DNA of 64,000 bases from assembly GCF_001194135.2 (NCBI RefSeq), contig NC_068982.1, forward strand, positions 130,266,321 to 130,330,320, read 5' to 3'. The position numbers and the translations under genes were made by a program. Below, in pieces: positions 25,410 through 38,967 of this stretch. The notes beneath the pieces are model-generated. The model made no database searches, was not told the DNA's origin, and saw nothing but the letters and a program-made list of their open reading frames with translations. The DNA comes from Octopus bimaculoides (lineage: Eukaryota). Numbering within the stretch: the stretch's first letter is position 1; every line of letters starts with the position of its first letter.

Positions 25410-28333
25410 TCACTCCTGCAATAACTACAAGAACACAAGCCTATCAGTTAGTTCCATAATAACCCAATAGTTCATTGGATATTATACACATATGTAAAAA
25501 GATGATCTTAAATACAAAGACCCTCCTGGGTGAAGAATGTACCCTGCCAGCATAGACTAGCCATTAGTGACTTTAGACTAGAGCAAGATGCAGACCAATC
25601 CAGGAAAGAAGGATTTGGAAGCTAAAGAACCCTTCACATGGTCAAAGATTTAGGGACATCCTCATCAAGAAATTTGATGAGAGGGAGGAGGAGCTACAGA
25701 CCTTGGACATAGAAGGTAGCTGGAAATTCCTATGGGATAGCTTACTGAGTGACACAGACTAAGTCTGCGGATGGTGCAAAGTCCCTTCCAGACTAGAGTA
25801 ATGTGGTAGTGGAGTAATACGGTAGACAAAGCCATTAGAGCAAAGAAACAGGCCTGGAAAGCCTGGAAGGGTGGGGGTAGCAGGGAACTGTACTAAATAG
25901 TCAGAAGGGAGACTGGGTGACAGGTATACATAGCCAAGGGCGAAGCGGAAAAGAAGAAGTTTGCCAATATCCAGTGACGTAAGGACCAAAGAACTGAAGT
26001 ATTTCGAATTGCAAGACAGTGTGTGAGAGAAAATTGTCACAAGAGAGAAATGTGTCCACATGGATGATCGTGCACTTACTTTTAATGGTTCAGAAAAGAA
26101 AGAAGCTTGGGGAAGCCATTATGAAAGACTGCTGAATGTGGAGAATGATTGGGAGGAGAGCCTACCAAATGTTGACCCAACAGAGGGACCAGCTATCCGA
26201 ATAGACAGCACACTGGTAGATAAAGCAATTAAGGGTATGAAACCAGGAAAAGCACCCCGGCCCATCAGGAATCCCTGCTGAGATGCTTAAAACATCTGGT
26301 GGTGTGGGCTATGGCCTGGTTACCCATATTGTAAACCTGGTAGTTCATAATGGAGTCATACCCAATGATTGGCGTAGCAACACCATAGTCAACTGCTACA
26401 AGGGTTTAAGGTGATGCTTTAGATAGAAATAACTACAGGGGTATTAGATTGCTGGATCAGGTGATGTAGGTCACAGAGAAGGTCATAGCCCAACTAATTA
26501 AGGAGAGAGTCTGCTTAGATGTGATGCAGTTCGGTTTTGTGCCAGGTAGAAGCACCACTGATGCTATATTCCTGGTATGGCAACTGCAGGAGAAATACCT
26601 AGTCAAAATAAACCCCAATACTTGGCTTTTGTGGACATGAAGAAGTCCTTTGACAGGGTCTCCTGATCCCTTATCTGGTGGGCAATGCGGAAACTGGGGA
26701 TTGATGAATGGTTAATAAGGGCTGTACAGGCCCTATATAGAGATACCATTAGTAAAGTTAGGGTTGGCAATGAGTATAGTGAAGAATTCTGGGTAGAATT
26801 AGGGGTCCACTAAGGATCAGCCCTCAGCACCCTCTTATTCATCATAGTCCTCCAGGCAATAACAGAGGAATTCAAGACAGGTTGCCCCTGGGAGTTCCTC
26901 TATGCTGATGATCTGGCCCTCATAGAAGAATCACTACCAGAACTAGAGAAGAAATTTCAGGTGTGGAAGCAAGGTTTAGAATCAAAGGGCCTTAGAGTCA
27001 ATGTTGCAAAGACCAAAGTTCTAGTTAGTAGGAAGGTGAACACATCACACACCCATTCAGATAGGTGACCCTGCTTGATCTGTAGACAAGGTGTAGGTAG
27101 AAACTCCATAAGATGTACCCAATGTAAGCTATGGACGCATAAGAGGTGCAGCAACATCAAAGGAAGATTAACCGGGAAGATAACTTTCATGTGCAGCAGA
27201 TGCACAGGGGCAATAAACACCACAGATGCTCAGAAAATAGATTCCATCACATGCCAGGGGGAGAAACTAGAAGTAGTTGATAGCTTCCGCTACCAAGGTG
27301 ACCAAGTCTGTAGTGGAGGTGGATGCTCAGAGAGTGTTACCACTAGAATAAGAATAGCCTGGGCAAAGTTCAGAAAGCTCCTACCCCTACTGGCAACAAA
27401 GGGCCTCTCGCTCAGAGTGAAAGGTAGATTGCACGATGCATGTGTGCGAACTGACATGCTTCACAGCAGTGAAACATGGGCCATAACTGCTGAAGACATG
27501 GGTAGGCTCGAAAGAAACGAAGCTAGCATAAATCGCTGGATGTGTAATGTGAGTGTGCACACATGACAGAGGGTAAACACCCTGAGAGAAATGTTGGACA
27601 TAAGAAGCATCAGATGTGGCGTGCATGAGAAATATTTGCATTGATATGGTCATGTACTACAGGTGGATGAAGAGATCTGCTTGAAGAAGTGCCACTCCCA
27701 AACAGTGGAAGGAATCCGGGGTAGAGAGAGACCCAGTAAAACATGGGATGAGATGGTGAAGCATGACCTTTGGACGTTAGGCCTCACAGAGGCAATGACA
27801 AAAGACCAAGACCTCTGGAGATATGCTGTGACTGAGAAGACCCTGCAAATAAAGTGAGTTCACAGCTGTAACCTACACCAGTGTCGTATAACAAGCCCAC
27901 TCAAAAGAAGCTTGGATCGTAGGGTGACGTGCCATGCTTGAGGAGACCTATTGAGTCAAGTACATCAAAACCAAAATCAAATGGAAATTGTAGTTGTGAT
28001 CCCCATACCAGTGGCATGTAAAAAGTACCATCTAAATGTGGCTGATGCCAGTGCCGGCTTGACTGGCTTCTGTGCCGGTGGCATGTAAAAAGCACCAACC
28101 AATCATGGTTGTTGCCAGCCCCCTCTGGCCCCTGTGTTGGTGGCATGTAAAAGGCACCCACTACACTCTCAGAGTGGTTGGCATTAGGAAGGGCATCCAG
28201 CTGTAGAAACACTGCCAGATCAGACTGGAGCCTAGTGCAGCCTCCTGGTTTCCCAGACCCCAGTCAAACAGTCCAACCCATGCCAGCATAGAAAATGGGC
28301 ATTAAACGATGATGATTATGATGGTGATGATGA
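25410..28333 (+). mobile_element. RTE-clade LINE, 5'-truncated and degenerate (end of endonuclease, RT, PHD finger, 3'UTR, (GAT)n tail)
   Basis: RT motifs MQFGFVPGRST, GVH-GSALS and LLYADDL with stops and frameshifts. C4HC3 finger in ORF 27075..27566. Ends ccatgccagcat...ttaaacgatgatgat. Confidence 0.93.
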
Positions 28334-29009
28334 TTCTTCTGACTTAAAAAAGGCATTCATTCAAACAGTGCCTACAAATTTTATCACAAAATATATTGTA
28401 AGAATGGAATTAAACTCAAGAATAGAAAAAAGCTAAGAGAAATAGCTGAAAACACCTTGTATGTCAGCAATACTGAAACAAATTCAACTTATTATATACT
28501 AAAACTCAGTAATCTTGGTTATGTCTTGAAATGCATTTGCAAAAACATAACTAGCCACAAATCATTCACCACTAATAACATAATCACTCATGCAAATGTA
28601 AAAAGCACAGTTTATAAATTTTTAAGATCACTTGTAATTTCTAATGACATCCTCAATCTTGCTTACATGATAGTAAATATCTTTCTGTTGCTATGTGGAA
28701 GGCGAAGACAATGAATTCTGATGAGTGGTAAGTATGATGAAACTAGTTAGCTCAATAAGCATTTGATGCTACTAAAAGCTATATGGTTTGATAACAGAGC
28801 TTAATTTCATAGTAAAAATAAGAATACCTTTACTAAACATATACATAGATGGGTAGGTCTCCAATAGTTTCAACAATAAGGATTCAGTTACATGATTAAC
28901 TGAATTATTTGCTCATTGAGTTAGTATGTAAGTGGGTTGACAGTTCACAGAAATGTGTACTCTTAACATAATTTTCATATAGAATATGCATGTATCTTTC
29001 AGCTATAGA

Positions 29010-29180
29010 TGCAATCCACTTGACAAGCTTCCACAGTTTTCACCTAAATAATTTCACTCACAAGACATGGGTTGGCTTAAGGCTGCAAAAAATGATATTT
29101 ACCTAAGATAACATGCTGTGGGATTGAACCCAGCACTTTGTGGTTGCAACACAGACTTCTTAAACATTTGGCCATACTGA
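29010..29180 (-). mobile_element. Degenerate SINE 5' half (family A/C head)
   Basis: Reverse complement resembles the A/C head (gggattgaaccc; cactcacaag). Confidence 0.5.
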
Positions 29181-31134
29181 GTTTATATAATGTACAGATA
29201 ATACTCCTTGTACATATCTATTCATCATCACATTATATCAGTAATCTTGTAGTTTACCTAAATTTATGAAACTTGCACAAATAGCCTCAAATATATATAT
29301 GAATGATGGGTGGGGGCAGGAAAGAATTGTAACATGTGGCATTCATGTAATGTATAAACAATTTGTAAACACAATACAAAATATTGTATGAGAGTTTATA
29401 TCACAACAAACAAAAATGTCTCTGGAGTACACAAAGAGAAAGGCTAGCAGTTAGCCAAAGGAAAAACAGCATGCCACATTTAATAAAAAAAATAGATATC
29501 AAACATTTAAATAACATCTGGTAGTGTAAAATGATTACATAGAAGAAAAATAAGCGAACGGCAAGAATGTTTTAAAATATATTCAGTAAAAATGCTTTTA
29601 AAAATAGATAAGTTGAAGCAAAAGAAACACCAGAAACCAAATTTACATCAGCATGCCTTGTATTTGTTAGTGGTAATATATCAAAGCTATATTTTAAAAG
29701 TTTGCAAACACACACGTACATCATCATCATTCTCTTCATTATCAACAGTACCTTTTATAAAGTATTTGATACAAAGGAAGAATCCAGTTGTGGAAACTAT
29801 GCCAAAAATGTAATGTATAAGCAAGAATTATTTTGTTTGTTTTTTTAGCTGTTTAGGAAAGCATGAACTCCATATAAGAACTGATCTGAACCATGACAAT
29901 CTGCCTGCTCCATAGCATTACAGTATGGTAAGCAGACATATAATGAAGAGGGTGGCAATGATGACATGTATGATGATGATGATGATGATGATGATGATAT
30001 ATACACACACACACATATATATACATAAATATCCATACATGCCTACACACACACACATATATATATATACATATATACATATATTTATTTATATATGTAT
30101 ATGTGTGTATATATANNNNNNNNNNNNNNNNNNNNNNNNNNNNNNNNNNNNNNNNNNNNNNNNNNNNNNNNNNNNNNNNNNNNNNNNNNNNNNNNNNNNN
30201 NNNNNNNNNNNNNNNNNNNNNNNNNNNNNNNNNNNNNNNNNNNNNNNNNNNNNNNNNNNNNNNNNNNNNNNNNNNNNNNNNNNNNNNNNNNNNNNNNNNN
30301 NNNNNNNNNNNNNNNNNNNNNNNNNNNNNNNNNNNNNNNNNNNNNNNNNNNNNNNNNNNNNNNNNNNNNNNNNNNNNNNNNNNNNNNNNNNNNNNNNNNN
30401 NNNNNNNNNNNNNNNNNNNNNNNNNNNNNNNNNNNNNNNNNNNNNNNNNNNNNNNNNNNNNNNNNNNNNNNNNNNNNNNNNNNNNNNNNNNNNNNNNNNN
30501 NNNNNNNNNNNNNNNNNNNNNNNNNNNNNNNNNNNNNNNNNNNNNNNNNNNNNNNNNNNNNNNNNNNNNNNNNNNNNNNNNNNNNNNNNNNNNNNNNNNN
30601 NNNNNNNNNNNNNNNNNNNNNNNNNNNNNNNNNNNNNNNNNNNNNNNNNNNNNNNNNNNNNNNNNNNNNNNNNNNNNNNNNNNNNNNNNNNNNNNNNNNN
30701 NNNNNNNNNNNNNNNNNNNNNNNNNNNNNNNNNNNNNNNNNNNNNNNNNNNNNNNNNNNNNNNNNNNNNNNNNNNNNNNNNNNNNNNNNNNNNNNNNNNN
30801 NNNNNNNNNNNNNNNNNNNNNNNNNNNNNNNNNNNNNNNNNNNNNNNNNNNNNNNNNNNNNNNNNNNNNNNNNNNNNNNNNNNNNNNNNNNNNNNNNNNN
30901 NNNNNNNNNNNNNNNNNNNNNNNNNNNNNNNNNNNNNNNNNNNNNNNNNNNNNNNNNNNNNNNNNNNNNNNNNNNNNNNNNNNNNNNNNNNNNNNNNNNN
31001 NNNNNNNNNNNNNNNNNNNNTGGAAACCTCAATAATAGAACCCCTGGAAGAAATCCTTATATATATATCTAATATATTTCATTTTAAAAATCAACGGAAA
31101 TAACTCATTCTCCCCTGGAAGGGATCCTTATATA

Positions 31135-32078
31135 TAGTATCAGCAGTTCCAGAAATTCTGACCTGGGAGCTAGAACCTAGAACTTGAACCTTATCCTGGA
31201 ATATCTGTAGAGCTCGGCGAGGATGTCCTGCAAACCCTAGTGGAACAAACTCCCATCGCAACTGTTGAGGAACTAGCAGAGGAGCTTGGATTTGGTCATT
31301 CAACCATTCATCAACACCTGCATGTCATCGGAAAAGTCAGCAAATTGGGTCAATGGGTTCCCCACAAACTTTCCACATCTAATCACGTGCAGAGATTAAA
31401 TGTGTACTTTTCTTTGCTGTCACGCCTCACAAATGAACCTTTTTGGACCAAATAGTGACTGTTTATGAGAAATTAGGTCTCTATAAAAATGTTAAGCACC
31501 AAAGACAGTGGGTAGGGAAAGGAGAAACACTGGCACTCCAGGCTAAAGAAGGTCTTCACCGACATAAAGTGTTGTTATCTGTTTGGTGGGATATGAAAGG
31601 TTTAGTCCACTTTGAACTTTTAAACCCAAACCAAATGATAACAAAGGAAATCTACTGTGAGCAGCTTGAATGGCTTCCTTGGTTTCAAGACAAAAGGTGT
31701 TCTTCCATCAGGTTAATGCTCAGCCACATACAATGAGGATGACATTCCAAAGGCTGGAGCAGTTTGAATGGGAAACAATGCCCCACCCGCCATATATGCT
31801 GGACATTGCCCCATCTGATTATCATTTATTCTGTAGTCTTCAAAATCATTTGGATGGAAAAAAAATGAATTCTGTAGATGAGGTCAGAACAGCACTGGAG
31901 GAGTATTTTTCCTCATGGATAAGCGAATTTTGGAGGAGAGGCCTTGCAAGTCTACCAGACAGATTGATGAGCATTGTAGAAAATGAAGGAGAGTATATTT
32001 TAGATTAAAAAGGAACTTTATTTATCTTAATTTTGAAAAATAAAAGAAGTGTAAAAACACTGCATTATTTATGGGATA
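31135..32078 (+). mobile_element. Mariner transposase pseudogene (5' end lost next to a gap)
   Basis: WVPHKL, IVT-x-EK, VWWDMKG, FHQ-x-N, HPPY..DIAPSDYHLF and GEYILD motifs split over three frames. Confidence 0.9.
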
Positions 32079-32190
32079 CATACATGTATGTACGTATGTA
32101 TGAATGCATGTATGTGTGTATGTATGTATGTATGTATGTTTGTATGTATGTGTGTATGTTTGTATGTATGTGTGTATGTATGTATGTATG

Positions 32191-32240
<50 letters not shown>

Positions 32241-32499
32241 TATATATAAATATACATATATATTGTTGATATACTAATAAGAAAAGTAGTTAATCAAAAG
32301 AAAGTATTAAATACTGTAGGTAGGGTAGAGTAATATTTCTGAAAAGTTGAGTTTAAGAGTCTCTACTCAGAATTTTTCATTTCTGATCCTGATCAGAATT
32401 GAGAATAAGAAATGGTGAGAAGTAATTTCCTAAAACTTTGTTTTCCTCAATGGAAATGTATTGCTTACAATAATTCTTAACCAACCTATCAAGTCAGCC

Positions 32500-33166
32500 T
32501 GGAGCTTTTGTAATTTTGTGTTAAAAGAGCTCTGTGACTTTTTTTTATTGATACTTGGTAAATTCAAGCAATGTTGCTGTGTTAATTTTTTATGAAGTTT
32601 ACCTAATCTACCAAATCTACTACAGTAACTCTTGGAACACTTCACCAGTATTTTGGTGAACATTATTTTAAGTGAAACAACAATGTCTTTGAGAGGTGAT
32701 CTTATTTTAAAATTGAGTCCTGTTGCAGATGATCAACACCCAGGCTGACAAGTCACAATCAAAATGCTAGAAAATGCACAAGAAATTTGGGAATCCATCT
32801 ATGAAGACTGTTGCCAAACAATCCACTAGCCCCTCACATTGTTGGAATCAGTTATGTAGCCTGTGAAGAGATTGTTAAAGAAAATCTGCATTGTTGTGAA
32901 GTTGTTTCTTCCCTGGTTCTCCTGGCCCACTCTCTTATATCCTTGCTTTGTTTTCCAAAATAGAATTGAAATTGAAGGGGCATTATTTGGGGATGATGGA
33001 AGAATTCCAAATGGAAGATGCATTGGGATTACTGTGTATATTCTAAAGAGAAATTTTTCAAAGCAGCTGTTTCCTTCAAATAAATAATGTATGAAATACA
33101 TTATTTACAGGTATAACTGAGTACTTTGTTAAAGCCAAGTTGAGTAACTTTCTGATACTGTCTTAT
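32500..33166 (+). mobile_element. Highly decayed, internally deleted mariner
   Basis: HTH-like remnant, DDQHQ-x-DK..(RPGRP-like) segment, C-terminal remnant, right TIR gagtaactttctgatactgtcttata. Confidence 0.6.
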
Positions 33167-34186
33167 ATGTGTGTGTGTGTGTGTGTGTGGCAATATATAT
33201 GAGTGCGTTTTGTAAACAATGTGCAGATTTTTCTCTGACAGACTGCTGAATTTATCTGAATGTATCATATATTCTGTCAACAATTGAAAGATCTTTGAGG
33301 TGAAAAGGATTTCTCTCCTTATTTTAAAAGAAGATTGAATTTTTCTGTTTGCTGGAGCTATATGCTTGTTAATATCATAGTATTTTTTAGCAGTCACTTT
33401 GACCTTAATTTGTTCTGTTACATTTTAAGTTTTTTTATATTAATCAGTAGTTTTTGGTCACACTCTCTATAGAGATGAGATGCTGGAGGAGAGTCATGTA
33501 TGAGGTTGATCAGAGTCGTTTTAAGTTGAGAGAGTAAAACAGTTACCATTGTCGGAGATTTAAGTAATTCTAGATGATGTTAATCATCTCATTTAAACTG
33601 TTAGAGGAATTTTGTTTTCATATGATGGGATTAATGATTAACAATTGATGAATTTAGTGTTTTGTATGAGTTACAGAAAGAGAGTTATGGTACAGTAATT
33701 TTCTAAACAAATTAATGCTATACATAACTAGTTCATAGCATGGGTAGTAATTAAATTCTTTCTAGAAAATAATTCTAATTACTCTTTACTAAGAAGCTGT
33801 ATGTGTCTTAGCAAATTGAAAACTAAAAATGTAGTGAACACTATCAACACATAGAGTATGCTATGCTGGATCACATACAGAATCTTTGTGCAATGAGTTT
33901 GATGCTATATAATAGCCTGGACCTATTGTTCCTTGTTTGCTTTCCAGCTTGTTTCAGTATTTTGAAGTGTTTTCCACTGCCAGAAGGATAAAAATGGAGA
34001 GCTGATTGTGAGAACTAAGTCATCATGTTGAGGATGTAGATGATTTATAAATGAATAGTAAATAGTATTTGTTTGAGATTTTCATTAAGTTTTTATCACA
34101 TTAGGTTTTTCTTGTTTATTTTTACCATTTCACCAGAAGAACGCTGATAAGTGAAAGCTGAAGAAATTGAGTTGAATGCAACTTAC

Positions 34187-34210
34187 CCGGGGAAGTGCAA
34201 TGCGTCTGCT
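34187..34210 (-). CDS. Mp: Candidate 24-nt microexon (14a): SRRIALPR
   Basis: Acceptor tttgcatgtttcttttag, consensus donor gtaagt, phase 0/0, open frame. Peptide resembles the segment that follows the trimerisation domain. Confidence 0.6.
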
Positions 34211-35700
34211 CTAAAAGAAACATGCAAATTTTGTTAAAATTAATAATAGCCAAACATCAAATGCAGCATAGCATGCTGGTGAAGCAGAAAACATGAAGGG
34301 TATGAAGAATGCATCACTTGCATACAGAGATTTATTAACATTTAATTGTGACCTCAAAGATTAAAGCATTTCACATTACTTTCCATGACCTCATTCGGTT
34401 ATTTGTAAGTGAGGTATAGAGGATTAAATCAAGCCTAGCATTTTATTATTAAAACAAGTCAAATAGAATTTGTTACAAAGAAGGAAGAAAAACAATATAT
34501 TGCAATGCAGTTACTGTAACACTTTATAATCTGAGCCAAATAAGCTTAGTTTCTGATTTGATTCACTTCAATTGTATTACTAATAACTGATAGCAGTTCA
34601 ATAAAGTGTACTCTATATAAAGAAGATGTGGTTTTAGCTAGCTTCAACTGTTAACCAGTCATTAGTTCAATAAATTTTTGTTGTTATTTTACAGAAGCTT
34701 ACATTCAACAGATTTATGAGCAAATAAACTTCCATTACATCAGAAATTCTCAGCCTTTTATCATCTTGATGACTTTCCATAAATCAATAAACTTTGACAA
34801 CCCAACTCTCTTTTTTTTAATAATATTCTTATAGAGATACTATTTTTTAACAAAACATTTGTTTATAGTAAAGGTTATGTTCGAGTCCCATGGCTTATTA
34901 TCAATTGAAATCATGAACATTTTACATTCTAACCTACATTTATTTTAAAATTAAAACATTTTGCTTTGGTAGCTCTTTCAGAATTATACAGCAACACATC
35001 AGCCTGAAACTGCTGTTCAAGAAATTGAGTTCAAATCTTTTACTTCATTATACAATTTCAGCTTTTGTACAGTTTTAGAATATTTAAGGTATGTTAATCA
35101 TCTACCATAGCTATAACATTTTAGGTCACATAAATTTAATAATGGCACCTAATATTTTATTTGAGAAAAGTAAAAAAACATAGCATATCTTTATATCTAC
35201 TTTTCCACTGAAATTGTTATTTTATAGCAAGTGGTATTTTTAAAAACACATTAGTCTGAATGAAATATGCATTCTAACATGCTATCATACACATGTAATT
35301 TCATCCATTATATGAGCAATGAATTTAGTTATGAATAAATATAATTAAAATATTTGTTATATGTATTATCATTAATAAATATATTTTCATGCATTCATGC
35401 AACTATATACATTTAATTGACACACACACACACACGAAACATGAGACATGAAACATGGCTGTGATGTACAAGCATGACTGTGATGCACAGGTACAATTGT
35501 GTGTGGCTCAGAAGTCCACTTCACAGTTAAATGGCTTTGGGTTCAGTTTTGATACCTTAGTTAAATGACTTTTACTATAGCTCAGGGCCAGCTACATCTT
35601 GTGACTAAATTCTGAAACTGCAAGGAATCTTGTGATAGATACATGCATTACATACACACATGTTAGAATGTGTGTGGATATACATATATATATATATATC

Positions 35701-36972
35701 TTAAATTAGTTCTAACATCTGAGGATTTGACGGCTTCTTTTATAAATTTTTTTGACTTCTCTCTAAACTCCTCAAACCTCTCCTTTATGCATTCCCTGGA
35801 TATGTTAACAGCTCCAAGGAGAAGGAGATCCTTAAAAGACTCAAGGTTATCGACCCTTGTACCCTTTTAGCCTGGATGTTGTCTCCCTCTATACTTCCGT
35901 GCCCACTTTTCTGGCTGTCAATATCATTACTGACCACATCACATCTTTCCTTTTGTCCCCTCTTCTCCCACATCCATTTCCTCCTCCCCCTCCTCCTCTT
36001 TCTCTTTTACTTCCTCTTCCTCTTTCACCAACCTTCACCTTTTTAGCCTAACAGCCTTGGATATCTCCGATCAACCAATGTGATCCAGCCTCTCAGGCCT
36101 ACTGGACATCTCATATATGGATCAACTCAAATGCACAGTGCTTAACACCTGCCATTCATGTGTCTTCTTTTCAAGGTGCATTGCTGACATCTAAATGCTA
36201 ACCGCCTGCTGGGAAGAAGAGACCACCATACATCAAAACTTCAATGTTGACAGCAACATCAAATTAGAAATTATACTCTCAGGCAAGTCCAGAATCCTCT
36301 CTCTGATAGATTTCCAAATCAAGATCTCAAGGGAGGGTTATATTTACATGAATTTTTATAGAAAAGTAGGCAGTAGGAATCTATTTGTACATTACAAATC
36401 AGCTCTGCCCACAAGGGCCAAAATCACATATGTACAGAATGAGATGATACATATAAGAGACAGATGCAGTGATGCAACCAACAAAGCTACCAACATCAGG
36501 GCAGTTCCTCAGGAATTTAGCACACAAAGGCTATCTGCTATCTGCAGCTGGGAGGGACTCAACACTAGTCCATCACCGAGGAAAGTTCTGTAGAGGAAAA
36601 ATACCATAGAGAGCACCATGGGGGTGCACACTCATCAACTACCCTATCAAAAACATCAAAACATGCTTGAAGCCCTATGTAGTATCCAAAGTAATCTGCA
36701 GTAAATGTGGAGCATTGTACATAGAGAATATTGCTAGGAGATTACACATCCAAATAAAGAAGCATATGAATATGGACTCTTCAATAGAAAGCACTTTTGG
36801 AAGTGCTAAACCCAGAATTTCAGTTTCCATCAGGGGAAACAAATGCAACAGGAGCAATCTCAGAATTATGGAAGCCCTCCTTATAAACGAATTGAGACCA
36901 GCCACGAACAACAGAAAAGAACTACATGAAGTAAACTGGTTGCTAAAACAACATCAGTCCTTTCATCCCTAG
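35701..36972 (+). mobile_element. Degenerate Penelope-like element (RT and GIY-YIG remnants)
   Basis: SLDVVSLYTSVP (PLE RT motif), YRK..RNLFVHYKSALP, and YVVSKVICSKCGALYIENIARRL (GIY-YIG-like), with frameshifts and stops. Confidence 0.8.
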
Positions 36973-36981
36973 ACTATATAT

Positions 36982-37268
36982 GAGGGCACATGGCTTAGTG
37001 GTTAGAGTGTTGCACTCATGATTGCTCTTATGATTCCTGGACTATTTAATGCATTCTGTTCTTGAGTAAAATATTTAATTTCACATTGCTCTGAGATACT
37101 TCAACACCTGACATCTTGTACACTATGCATCTGTTCAGGCAACATCGATTTCATAAAGTGAGTGAACCAATGTTCAGTGCATACATGTGATCACTGTAAG
37201 GAAATCATTTGTGCAGGTCATTCAACAAAAACTGAACAGTCATACATTGTCTTCAACAGAAGATTCTA
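36982..37268 (+). mobile_element. tRNA-derived SINE (family D)
   Basis: Pol III A-box-like head tggcttagtggttagagtgttgcactc followed by a non-tRNA body. Confidence 0.55.
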
Positions 37269-37904
37269 TACATAAATGTGTGTGTGTGTGTGGGGTGTGT
37301 GTGTACATGTGTTTGTATGTGCAGATGTGCATTAATGGTGGTAATCCATAGTATTTGTCTCTGGCTAAGTAAAATGGTGGTGTGATGTTTACAGTCAACA
37401 TCAGCATTGTGACTGACCACTCTGCATTTTAAAAGACTTGTGGAAATAAAAAGTTCCTTACTTGAAAAACAGGTAAAATTTGGTGACAGGAAGAATATCC
37501 AGTTATAAATTCCTGTTTCAAATAAGTTTCTGTCCAACTCATGCTGGCATTTGAAAATGGATATTAAAAGAATGACATGTCCATGTGTGTGTGTGTTTGC
37601 TTGGATGTACAAAGAGATATACAAGTATCTGAAGTTTCATTCCTTTGTTATTTTCAGTTACCTATTTCTATTACCTTCCTTACAGTTCTGGAGAAAGCGA
37701 TAGTAACTGGAGCATAAAGTAATGATAGACTGAATCCCCAGTGTCAATTGCATGTATTTAAGTCATCAAAATATACAAGGTATCAATGACCAGCTACAAT
37801 AACTAAAATTTTGTTACTTGACTATTGAACTATCATATATGTAACAATCTGTAATTAATATAATAAATCAATATGATAAAATGTCAAAAATGTTTAAACT
37901 TATA

Positions 37905-38128
37905 TCTAATATTGGCTTCAAATTTTTGTACAAGGCTGGCAATTTCAGGGGAGGAGGCAAGTCAATTACCTCAACCTCAGTGCTCAGCTAATACTTATTT
38001 TGGTGACCCCAAAAAAATGAAAGGTGAAGTCGACCTCTGGAGAATTTGAACGTAGAACGTGAAGATGGATGAAATGTTGCTAAACATTTTGCCTGCCACA
38101 GTAATGATTCTGACGGCTCACTCCCTTA
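37905..38128 (-). mobile_element. SINE family B, minus strand
   Basis: Reverse complement of family B (gtcgacctctggagaatttgaac; atgaaaggtgaagtcgac). Confidence 0.75.
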
Positions 38129-38967
38129 AACATATACCTAATATTACAATTTAATGTCAACCTTTTTAAAATGAGCATTAAATATCAACATATTCAGTAG
38201 AACATGTGCACTGCAAATTTTCCAACATACTTGGTTCCAAACACAAACTGGATTATACATTATGCTAGATTAAAAAATATCATGTAATAGTAATTCTGAG
38301 CAAAGTTCTTGAAGATGGGTACCAGGTTATAAATAACATTTTTACAATGAATTCTTCAAGATGCATTTTTGTTTATTCACTAGTAATAAATCAAAGTTGA
38401 TAACATTCTTTCAACCCTTCAACTATAATAATATATTAAGGCACTATTTAAGGGCACAATTTAAAGCAAAATTTAATGCCACAACTTAACCACTGAACAA
38501 TTGGGCATCCAGCAATGTAAGAGGTATATATTTACATGTTCCTCTTTTATATTATGACATTGCATTCTTTGCAGAGAAGATAAGCTATCTATCTATTTGC
38601 TCTTCACAGAAAGAGGGTCCTTAAGGGGTTAGCACATGAAGTTACATTTAATTTTAAACATTTGTATTTTTATATTATCATAGATAGGTGGTAGGAGAAT
38701 ATTTTTGCCTTCATGACATGTCACTAGTGAATAAAAGAATGTGTATCATGAATGCTTGTTACCAAAAATGTTATTAGTAATGATCACAGAAATTTGCCTC
38801 ATCATAATCATCTTGAGATTAAAAGAATTACTACAACATCAGTTGCTGGAAAATTGGTAGTGTACCTGTATATCATTTCCCTAGTTAGTAAAGTTAATTA
38901 AAAACTGAATGTAATATTACAAAATAGAAATAATATCCTTCAGAATCAGTGTCTAACTTATACTTAC

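Noticed and set aside
31041-31140. ~29-nt direct repeat (cccctggaag..atccttatatata) before the mariner relic
   Set aside because: Short, next to a gap, and no partner at the other end of the element to act as TSD or LTR.
34982-35088. Plus-strand open 107-nt AG/GT-bounded segment (possible nested gene)
   Set aside because: No recognisable protein and no compatible partner exons found. Expected by chance.
36982-37060. Possible tRNA gene
   Set aside because: Only an A-box/D-arm-like head is present. No cloverleaf or intact B-box, so it is better explained as a SINE.
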